From Blastocystis sp. Blastoise (Eukaryota > Protista > Bigyra: Opalinata): DNA of 64,000 nucleotides. Below, piece after piece: positions 12,213-21,835 of the stretch. The position numbers and the translations under genes are program-made. The stretch covers positions 558,001 to 622,000 of the forward strand of contig JBBPEB010000011.1 in assembly GCA_039096225.1 (NCBI GenBank), in the 5' to 3' direction. The notes beneath the pieces were generated by a model, which was not told where the DNA came from, ran no database searches, and was given only the letters and a program-made list of their open reading frames with translations. How positions within the stretch are numbered: position 1 is the first letter of the stretch; every line of letters starts with the position of its first letter.

Positions 12213-12581
12213 ATGGAAGCTGTATCTCATATGAGTTGTATAAATAGTAGTTTTTATCTTGAAAGATTTAATAATACGTTAAATTTAAATAATAAAAATA
12301 TTACTTATATAAATACTATGATTAATACACTAAAAATTAGAAGTAATAATGATGTAACAATGTTACGTGTATATTGTAATTTTATTGATCATGATAATGA
12401 TTTAATCATGATTCCTTTATATGCTGAACAAGGATTGGATAATATTTATTCATTAAGTAATATTTCTATTCCTTGTATAAATGGTCAATATAATGAAATT
12501 TATTGGGAAATATATGACCAATTAAATCGTCCAATAACTCTTGATGAAGGAGCTTTAACTATTCATTTTACTGCATGTTAA
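12213..12581 (+). CDS. Minimal minor capsid (penton, single jelly-roll-like) protein
   Basis: LRVYCNFID...LIMIPL...YNEIYWEIYDQLNRPITL...LTIHF matches the Polinton penton pattern. Confidence 0.7.
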   Translation: MEAVSHMSCINSSFYLERFNNTLNLNNKNITYINTMINTLKIRSNNDVTMLRVYCNFIDHDNDLIMIPLYAEQGLDNIYSLSNISIPCINGQYNEIYWEIYDQLNRPITLDEGALTIHFTAC

Positions 12582-12664
12582 TAATTTTGAGTTTAAATAT
12601 TGTATTAAGTATAAAGAATTATTATATCAATTATTGTGTTTTGTTTATCAAATAAAATTATTTT

Positions 12665-13714
12665 ATGCCAAAAGAAAACAACCAATTAAAATCTAAAAAT
12701 AAATCATTAGGAGCATTATCATTTAAATTTGATGAAACTGGTGTAGAGACTTATGAATCTAAATTTATTATGATTATTGCAAAAACAATGTCTGGAAAAT
12801 CATTTTTAACCGTGAATTTGTTATGTTGTATGGATTTAGATAATAAATATAGTCAAGTTACTTTATTTTGCCCCGATGCTTCTAATAAAAATCAATGTTA
12901 TGCTGGATTACGAGATATATTAAAACATGCTGATATAAAATTTCAATGGTATGATAGTGAAGATGAAAAATTTAAAAAGATACGTAATGTAAATGATTTA
13001 GTTACAGTTTATAATATTCCACAACACAATTTTATTGTATTAGATGATATATATCCATTAACAATGTATACTAAAGAATTAATAATGTCTATATTATCAC
13101 GTGGACGACATTATAAGCAAAATATGATATGTTGCTTACAAAGTCATTTAAAAATTACAATTCAGTCTATTATTAATCAAGTTAGTCATTTATTTGTAAA
13201 TAGCCAATTACTTAAAGTGAATTTAGATTTTGTTACAGATAAATTAGATTTACCAGTGAATAACCTAAATGAAATTATGAATGATACACAATTATTAGAA
13301 GACCCTCATCAATTTTATATGTATGCACAAGGTAGTTATGAATTAATACCATGGAAAAATCCTGAATATAAATCAAAAGAGGAATTATATAGAATAGTAA
13401 AAAAAAGAAAATGGACTGAAGCAGATGAAAAAAAGGAAAAGGAAAAAGAAAAAGAAAATAGAAACAATTCTTTATCAGCAATTTCGAATAAAAAAACTTT
13501 AGAAAATATTGAGTCAAAAAAATTGAAAAAATTATTTAATATTGAAGATGATTTTACACCACCAAATATAGAAGAAGAAAATGAAAATATTCATGGGGAT
13601 GATGTAATGAGTTTAATCAATAATGAAATAAGAAATCAACGTCAATTAAGCATATATAATCCCTTTAATGAAGGTCGTCAATTTCTTAATTTTCCTTTAA
13701 ATAATGAATTTTAA
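12665..13714 (+). CDS. A32-like (FtsK/HerA) genome packaging ATPase
   Basis: Walker A IIAKTMSGKS, Walker B FIVLDD, and the A32 signature SRGRHYKQNMICCLQ. Confidence 0.9.
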   Translation: MPKENNQLKSKNKSLGALSFKFDETGVETYESKFIMIIAKTMSGKSFLTVNLLCCMDLDNKYSQVTLFCPDASNKNQCYAGLRDILKHADIKFQWYDSEDEKFKKIRNVNDLVTVYNIPQHNFIVLDDIYPLTMYTKELIMSILSRGRHYKQNMICCLQSHLKITIQSIINQVSHLFVNSQLLKVNLDFVTDKLDLPVNNLNEIMNDTQLLEDPHQFYMYAQGSYELIPWKNPEYKSKEELYRIVKKRKWTEADEKKEKEKEKENRNNSLSAISNKKTLENIESKKLKKLFNIEDDFTPPNIEEENENIHGDDVMSLINNEIRNQRQLSIYNPFNEGRQFLNFPLNNEF

Positions 13715-13750
13715 CTTTAATTTGTTTTTATTTTTATTTTATTTTCCTAA

Positions 13751-14545
13751 ATGAGTAGTATCGTTAGACGTAATTTAGCCTATAACTGTGACCCATCGAA
13801 ATATGGTGCGGGATTGAATATCCCAGATAAACAAGAAAAAGTAAAAACTTTCAAAAACAGTTATGGTGGTGGATATATTGAGGATGAATGTGATAGTGTT
13901 TCTAGTTATTCATCATCTGAATCATCATATAGTAGTGATTCATATTCTTCATCAGATAGTAGTGATTCATCTTCTGTTTATTCTTCTGATGCTGATGATG
14001 AAGACACAAATGAAGATGATGGTGATGAAGAAAAAACTGATGGCCCGTAACATTAATTAGAAAAGGTCAAGTATTATCAAAGTAAAAAGAAGAAAAAGCC
14101 AACAACACAAACGACAACAACATCATCAACATCATTAACAGCAAAAAATAATAAATGGAAATATTATTTTAAATTAGCTAAGAAATTTATTATTCAAGCT
14201 GGAAAGTTATGTTTACATTTAGGTTTGTCATTTGTGTTATCATTAATTTTTAAAGTCTATATAAATGACTTATGGGTTACTGGTCATGGTACTATAATAA
14301 ATGCATTTGGTAGATTTTTTAGTAAAGTAATAAGTTTCCTCGGATTTGGTGGTGGATTAAATGGTCCAAATAAAGATGTTAATAATGCAAGTGTATCATT
14401 GCTAAAAGATGAAATAGATAAGCAAAGAATGAAACCTGGAAATGAAGATATTAATTCAAAAAATGTATCATCTGATTTAATAGCAAAAACAATGTATACA
14501 TTAATAGCATTAGACAAATTCATGCATCATGTAGAAAAAAAATAA
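13751..14545 (+). pseudogene. Core-like protein reading frame interrupted by two in-frame TAA codons (14048, 14054)
   Basis: ORFs 13751-14050 and 14225-14545 are in the same frame, and the sequence between them is open (EKVKYYQSKKKKKPTT...) after CCG TAA CAT TAA. Both parts carry [YF]G[AG]G motifs. Confidence 0.55.
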
Positions 14546-14579
14546 AATCCACATAATTTATTTATAAATTCTTTATTAT

Positions 14580-14762
14580 ATGGAATCAATAAATCAAAAT
14601 AACTATACGTCATTAAATCATATTTTACAACGTAATTTTGTTGAACAAAGTTGGGACCCATGGTTACCTAACATGTATATATGCCAAGATGAACAACCTA
14701 CACAGCCTATTGCTCACGACCCTTTACTACCTAATTCTATGATAAATTTAGCCCCACATTAA
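14580..14762 (+). CDS. Small hypothetical viral protein (60 aa)
   Basis: ATG-initiated, co-oriented with the late-gene block, non-low-complexity composition. Confidence 0.45.
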   Translation: MESINQNNYTSLNHILQRNFVEQSWDPWLPNMYICQDEQPTQPIAHDPLLPNSMINLAPH

Positions 14763-14872
14763 ATGATATTTTATTTACTTTATATATATAAATATTTTTA
14801 AATAAATGTTGGTCTTTTTAATATTTTGTTTAGTTCATTAAATTTTTATATTTTTCTATACTTAAAAGAAAA

Positions 14873-15964
14873 ATGGAAAGTAATTACATGACAAATACAA
14901 AAGCAATGACTGGAATTAATAGACTTGCTATTGGTAAAGAGTATTCACCATATAAAGGAAAATCATATGTTCATGATACAAATTATCATAAAGGAGTCCA
15001 TTGGAATTCTAAAGCTAATTCTTATTTTACAAAACAACAAGAAATTGATGATTCTATTAATCAATCATTTGGTGCTGGTATCGCTGGATTTATAAGAAAT
15101 AGTCCAAATAAATCAGTTTTTAAAAGTTTACAACATCCTCATCACAATAATTATGGTGGTGGAATTAATCATCATGGTTGTTTATCCAATGAAATGGCAA
15201 AAAGACTAATTATTACTAATGATTATATTATTCCAAAATTAATTGAACAAAATCATTCCTGTGGAGCTGGTTTAAAGAAAATCATTAATAAAGAAGCAAT
15301 TATTGATAATTTTGATTTTAGTGACAAATATGGAGGTAATATACATGTCAAAAAAGGTGGAGCATGGAAAATATTAAGTACCATTAATAAATATTTACCA
15401 TTTAAAAGAAATAATGTTTCAAAAAATATTCCAAAAGGTGACGATGATGAAGATATGCCCCCTAGAAGTCATGGATCAGTAGCTGCTGATTGGAGAGCTT
15501 ATACTGAAAGGAAACTGAAACATTTAAAAGAAATGGGTAAAATTGCCTTAGTAGCAGGAAAAAAAGATTTAGGCATGATAAAAGACACATTTCTTCATCC
15601 TAAACCAGATACTACAATTAAAGACAGATTTGAAAGTATAAAGCAAAATAGTAGTTTGGTGAAAAAATTTAAAAGACTCTACAAGCAAGGCGAAACTAGA
15701 TATAATACATATCTTTTCAGTAATCCTAAAAATGAAAGTCCCCTCATTGATAGCACGTCAACTGATTTTTTTAGATATGTTCAAGCAGGTATCGCTGCAA
15801 AACAAGGAATAAAGCAAAAAATTCATCATATAAAAAATCAATTATTTAATCATGGAGATAAAAAAAAACCTTATGTTAAACCCAAAATTGGTGAAACATA
15901 TCGTGATGCAAATAAAAGCAAAAATGGAGACTTAATCATCAATCCGCATTGTATCGACCTCTGA
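14873..15964 (+). CDS. Basic core-like precursor protein with repeated GxG motifs
   Basis: Lys-rich 363 aa with FGAGI, YGGGI, CGAGL, YGGNI and KGGAW. Confidence 0.6.
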   Translation: MESNYMTNTKAMTGINRLAIGKEYSPYKGKSYVHDTNYHKGVHWNSKANSYFTKQQEIDDSINQSFGAGIAGFIRNSPNKSVFKSLQHPHHNNYGGGINHHGCLSNEMAKRLIITNDYIIPKLIEQNHSCGAGLKKIINKEAIIDNFDFSDKYGGNIHVKKGGAWKILSTINKYLPFKRNNVSKNIPKGDDDEDMPPRSHGSVAADWRAYTERKLKHLKEMGKIALVAGKKDLGMIKDTFLHPKPDTTIKDRFESIKQNSSLVKKFKRLYKQGETRYNTYLFSNPKNESPLIDSTSTDFFRYVQAGIAAKQGIKQKIHHIKNQLFNHGDKKKPYVKPKIGETYRDANKSKNGDLIINPHCIDL

Positions 15965-18951
15965 TGAAATTAGAAAAGGAATTATTAAGGATAATAATGC
16001 TAGTGTGAATGATAGTATTGAAGATTTAGCAAGAAAAGAACAACGCATTCATTTATCTAGAAAAGTGTTACATCCTGAATATGAATATGACTCTCAAGCG
16101 TATAAGGATAGAATAGACGATAATAATACTGAAAGAGAGAAAAAGAATTATGTTAAGATTAATGAAAGCAAAACAACATCTAGCATATAAATATTATGAT
16201 GAAGATGACCCTTTTAAGATTCCTGAATCAGAATGGTATAAAAAGGAAAATAGTTTATTACCCGAATGGTCAAAAGATATAATAAATAATTTTGAGCTTA
16301 ATCATTATGAAAAATTTGGAAATGATGCAGTTAATGATGATTTAACAAATGAATTAATTTCAAATAGTGAGCAACATCAAAATGATATTAATGAAACTTA
16401 TGCAGAAATTTTTGGATTACCTAAAGATTTTATGTATGGTATATATCCCCATGGTTCTGAAGACGAAAAAAATAAATCAAATAATAATAAATGGATTGAG
16501 CCAGAACAACCTTATGATAAAACAAAATATCATCCTTATAATAATTTTGATTATTCAAATGCATTTAATATCGATGATCCTGAATATTCAGAGATTTATA
16601 AAAAATATACTTATAAACCAAATGAAATGCAAGATAATAATAATGAATCCATTAATAACAATAATAATTATCATGAAATTAATCCTGATAGAAATGATTC
16701 TTCTGATGAATATGAAAATAATGATAATGATAATGCAAATAATTCTATGGAAATAGAATCAAATGATCAAAATAATAATATTGACATTGATAACTCAAAT
16801 CAGAGTAATGAAAGCATGAATTATAATGTTTCTCAACAAAATAATGACAACATTGATATTGATAACAAACCATTCCATGAAGAAAATAATATTCCAAATT
16901 TAAATGAAATGGTTGATAACAATGAAAATCATAAAGAAAATGATACAAATGTACAAATCAATAATAATAATAATGTTCCAGTCACAGAAGATAGATTTAT
17001 ACTTGTTGACAATAATCAATTGAATTCGATGAATTTAAATGCAAATGATGCGGATATCAGTCAATCAAATCAAAAAGAAAATGATGTTCATGACGATGTT
17101 CCAATTAAAAAAGAAATTGAAATTGAAAAAAATGTTCCAGTGCAAAAAGAAATGGAAATAGAAAATAATATTCCAGTGCAAAAAGAAATGGAAATTCAAG
17201 AAGACGAACATTCTATAGAATCACCAATAATTGAAAAATTAATTCCAAATATTGATAACATAATTAGAGAATCAAATAATAATAGTTTTCAGAGTTATCA
17301 GCCAGTAAATAATATTTCAAATGAAATAAATATAAAATCAGAAAATATGTCACTTTTGGACCAAAATATAAATTCACAACAAAATAGTAGTGATAATAAT
17401 ATGACTTCATCTGAAAGTGATGATAATATGTTTTCTTCATCTTCTTTTCAAACTGCTGATGATATGTCATCTTCTGATGCCTCTATGAAAAGTTTATTTT
17501 CTGAATCGGAGAATCTAAATGATATGGAAATAGAAACTCAACCAAATATTACAGAAAGTCAAATAAATTCAAATATTCAAAATAATATTAATTATTCCAT
17601 AAATAATAATGTTCCTAATTATAATGATAACACATTCAAAATTGATATTACAACCAATGAATTTAATACATCGGATATAAATATTCCAAAAATTAATGAA
17701 CAATCCAATAATATAATTGCATCTCAAAACTTTATTAATAACTCTTTATTACCCGAAAATTCAAATCAACAAAATGATTATAATGTTCAATTAACATCAA
17801 ACAATAATTTAAATAAAGATTCAGATAATAGTGATTCTGTCGCTGATATTGAAACTGATGACAACAACAAAATATTCAATATATATCCATCATCGTCAGA
17901 TGAAGAATCTGATTTACATTATGATGACATGCATAATTTAGTATTAGATACAGAAGACAAACAACGAGGATACTATAATTACATGGTAAATAAATTAAAT
18001 AGTTTCCAAGGAACATCATATAAAACACTTCCAGAAAATGCAAATATTAATTATCCACTATTAAAGACTTATATGTCTGAGTTGCAAACTAATTATAATC
18101 AACACTTATCTGATATAAAGAATCTAAAAAAATATAAACATCATTTAACTGACCAAAATGAAATACAAGATACTAATGTATACATTGATGATATTAAAAC
18201 AATGATTACAAATTTAGCAGATGATTTTATTGATACATTCCAGAATTTTGATGATTCTAATTCAAATAACCAATCACAAAGTACTGTTTCATCTAATAAT
18301 AATAGTATGATGCAAAATAATGTAAAACTAGAAGAACCAGCAAACTTAGCAAATGAAATTAATTTACCTCTAAATAAAAATGGCGACACAATTAATTCCG
18401 TTGAAGAATTATTACAAAATGATTTTCAAACATTTTTTAATGAAATGGAAAGTATTCATAATCAAACTTTTAATAATATGGAAGCAAACACAGCCTCGAT
18501 ACAAAATCCTCTGAATTCACAAAATCATATTAATGATTCTTTTGAAACAAACATGATAAATAATAGTGTTTCTCCAGATACAAATCAACCTATTCCTATT
18601 GAACAGCAAGAAACAAATCTATCTTCTGATTCTTCTGAAATAGATACTTTTATGGGAAAACTAGAAAAAACTATGGGTAAAAAATCCAAACCAAAAAATA
18701 CTAAATTCGCTGAAGAAATGATGAATAATTTAGATGAATCATTTAAAAAATATAATGAAAATACTTTACTTAATCATAAAATTCTTCGTCCATCATTAAA
18801 TAATAAAGAACAAGTAAAACGAGTAGTAGTAAATTCTTCAGATAATTCAGATTCTGTTGGTGAATTCCATAAATATGGAAAAAAATCTAAAAAAGATATG
18901 GAGAATCAAGTACAAAAGAAACCAATCATAAATAAAAAAAAGCAAAAATGA
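15965..18951 (+). CDS. Large acidic Asn/Asp/Glu-rich low-complexity viral protein (933-aa ORF plus upstream out-of-frame segment)
   Basis: ORF 16150-18951 has 12-aa repeats (VPxxKExEIExN) and a Lys-rich C-terminus. The overlapping ORF 16005-16190 is open back to ~15935. Confidence 0.6.
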
Positions 18952-19217
18952 ATCTAAATCCATGATAAAACCACAAATAACTCAACATATCTTAAATAAA
19001 TGATATCAAATAACATCTTTGTACAAATATCTAAACTGATATAAAATCATTAACCAATATATTTATTTATTAAAAATATCTTTTAAACGTAAATCTTTTA
19101 TTTTTAAATTATTTATTATATTTTAATTGTTGTGTTTTTTTAAAAATAAGTTTTTAAACTATAAACAAAACAATTTATTATTAAAAAAAAATTAAACAAA
19201 ACAAAAAAAAAACAAAG

Positions 19218-19419
19218 TTAATAAAAACCTTTTTTTCTTTGTTGCTCACGATAGTAAGCAAGAGCAGGAGACATTCTAGCTACTTTCTGATCTTTCAGAA
19301 AATTTAAGCTAGCAGGAACGGGTTCACTATATAAATAAATAAATAAATAAAAAATAATAATAAACATACCCTATTGGTTTTGTTTCTAAAAATTTTTCGT
19401 CCTTTTCAGGAACTGGCAT
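19218..19419 (-). CDS. Small spliced hypothetical protein (further upstream exons possible)
   Basis: MPVPEKDEKFLETKPIG, then a 43-nt GTATGT...ATAG intron (19369-19327), then EPVPASLNFLKDQKVARMSPALAYYREQQRKKGFY*. Confidence 0.5.
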
Positions 19420-19870
19420 TCTTATAAAAAATAAATAAAAAATAAATAAAAAATGATTTGAAAATATTAAAAATGTAAATAAAATAGAGAAACTTGTGTT
19501 TAATGACGAAATATATGACAAATATAAAATATTTAAAATATCCAATCAAAATAAAGTTCTAGAATTCTTAAACCTGATCGAAAAGAGAAACTATTACTAA
19601 TAAATCAATTGAAATTGGAGAACTTTGTTCTGGATGTGGTGATCGATCAATGACAAACTTCATGACAAAGGTAGTATACAAAATTTTATCCAATAAAAAT
19701 GTTTTGGAACAACAGAAGCTATAAAAAAGTGGAAACTGAGCAAATGAACTTATTCTTTTAGAATAAATTTTCTCATCTGACTTTTTTTATAACCATTAAT
19801 TTTTATAGCCATTCATTGAGTTTTACTTTTTTTATTTTTACATATTTATTTTATTTTTTGAAAATTTAAA

Positions 19871-20681
19871 ATGCCTAGCCACTATCTTTCCCGTGGTAGA
19901 AGAGCTATTATGAATAGCTATAATCATTACAGTATGTTTTTATTTATTTTTATGTTTTTTATTATATAGTTGCCCACCGATCTGAGGATCGTGCTGTCTC
20001 TGGTGCTGTTCCTGGTGCTGTTCCTGGTGCTGCTGCTGAATCTGTTGATTCAGTAACTTTTAAGTTACTGAATCATGATTCTTCTCTTGGGGAGGTGTCT
20101 GATCACTCGGGATCTATGTCACCACCACCTCTTGAGAGAATTGTTCCTTCGTCTTCAGATTCTGAAAAGACGCTGGAATCAGATTCAGACTCTTCTCTTG
20201 CTACTTTGGAGGTAATTGAACCCGATACCGGGAAAAAAAGTATTTATTTTATTTATATTATTTTTATTTTTATTTTTTTATAGCGCCATTGTGTTCCGGT
20301 TCTCTTGGTCCGCGGGTTTTGGAAGAAACCGCCTTCTACGCTCCAAAAAGGACTAGAAGGGATGGATCTTCCTACCCAGAAAAAAATTTAAATAAAAATA
20401 TTTGTTTTTCTCCTTGTTCTCCTTCTATTTCTGTTTTTTCTTTTTCTCCTGTTTCTCCTTTTTATGTTCCTTGTTCTCCTCCTGTTTCTCCTTCTTTATC
20501 TTTATTTTCTCCTCGTTTTTCCCCTGTTTCTCCTTGTTCTCGCTCTTGTTCTATTCGTGAAAAGATACCGCCAATTCAATTACCTCCCGTGGTAATTGAG
20601 ATGCCGGTATCTGAGGGTTCAATCATAAAAGGAAATAAAAAGATTGAATATAAGTTACATCTGAAAATTTCAGATTTATAA
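19871..20681 (+). CDS. Three-exon Ser/Pro-rich hypothetical protein
   Basis: ATG at 19871. GT-AG introns 19932-19969 (38 nt) and 20240-20283 (44 nt) join one open frame that includes track ORFs 20095 and 20289. Confidence 0.7.
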
Positions 20682-20959
20682 TCAGTCTTTTTTTTCTTTT
20701 TTTCTTTTTCTTTATATATATATATATATTTCTTTTTCTTTTATTATATATATTTATATATTTTTTTTTTTTTTTTTTGCCTAAGTTAATTTTTAAACTC
20801 ATTTGTTTAGTTAAATATTTCAGACTAATACTTAAACTGCTGAATCTAAAATATTAAATAACTTAGAATATTTTTATTTTTTTTTTGACTTAGATTTTTT
20901 TTTAATTTTTATTACAATATTTTTCTATACTGTCTTCATGCACCAATTTTTTCGTTCAA

Positions 20960-21630
20960 CCAATCAAATGATTCCGAACTGGCTCTTTTTTTTGTCAAAA
21001 ATAAACTTTTGTATATATGGGGTTACGTACTTACTTATTCATTTTTTTTATAAAGTAGTAAGTAAGTAAATAGAATATACAAAAAGTTAGAAAAGTAAAA
21101 ATGGATGACAGAGGGTGCGTCATCACTGATTTAACCAATCAAATTTCATCTTTTTGGAACACATAATTTTTATTGGATGATAAATTGTGTTCCAAGATTC
21201 ATCCAATCAAATGATTCCGAACTGGCTTCTTTTTTTGGTCAAAAATAAACTTTTGTATATATGGGGTTACGTACTTACTTATTCATTTTTTTTATAAAGT
21301 AGTAAGTAAGTAAATAGAATATACAAAAAGTTAGAAAAGTAAAAATGGATGACAGAGGGTGCGTCATCACTGATTTAACCAATCAAATTTCATCTTTTTG
21401 GAACACATAATTTTTATTGGATGATAAATTGTGTTCCAAGATTCATCCAATCAAATGATTCCGAACTGGCTTCTTTTTTTGTCAAAATAAACTTTTGTAT
21501 ATATGGGGTTACGTACTTACTTATTCATTTTTTTTATAAAGTAGTAAGTAAGTAAATAGAATATACAAAAAGTTAGAAAAGTAAAAATGGATGACAGAGG
21601 GTGCGTCATCACTGATTTAACCAATCAAAT
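20960..21630. repeat. ~243-244-bp tandem repeat, about 2.75 copies, with CCAAT boxes and internal inverted repeats
   Basis: CCAATCAAATGATTCCGAACTGGCT starts at 20960, 21203 and 21447; copies nearly identical. Confidence 0.95.
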
Positions 21631-21718
21631 TGTTTAAAATAGTTATTTATGTGAAAAATATATTTTATAGTGTATTTTTCTTTATTCCCTTGATTTTTCT
21701 ATATGATAAGAATTAGTA

Positions 21719-21835
21719 ATTCTTCGCACAAACCCACACAAATATGGGCAACATCCCTATGCTAGCGAAGTTCGTAGAACTTCGCAGTATAGGGATGTCG
21801 GCCATATCTTGGCCGCCTGGGTTTGTGCGAAGAAT
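21719..21835. other. 117-nt GC-rich imperfect hairpin
   Basis: Outer stem ATTCTTCGCACAAACCCA/TGGGTTTGTGCGAAGAAT (18 bp), middle stem ACATCCCTATGCT/AGTATAGGGATGT, apical GCGAAGTTC-GTA-GAACTTCGC. Confidence 0.9.

Larger units (their letters stand above)
1..19000. mobile_element. Endogenous Polinton-like virus (tyrosine recombinase plus primase-helicase type); left part lies outside the window, right boundary uncertain (~19.0-22.4 kb)
   Basis: Dense intronless gene block, unlike the intron-rich host genes, with A32-like ATPase, MCP-like and penton-like proteins, D5-like primase-helicase, tyrosine recombinase and methyltransferase. No pPolB or retroviral-type integrase in the visible part. Confidence 0.88.

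Noticed and set aside
13751-14545. Alternative genetic code (TAA = Gln) to explain in-frame TAA codons
   Set aside because: Conserved host and viral genes end at TAA where expected, and long ORFs use CAA for Gln with no internal TAA.
1-19000. Classification as a canonical Polinton/Maverick or as a giant-virus fragment
   Set aside because: No protein-primed PolB or retroviral-type integrase is visible and no NCLDV transcription genes are present. The compact recombinase/primase/capsid layout fits a PLV better, although the left arm is unseen.
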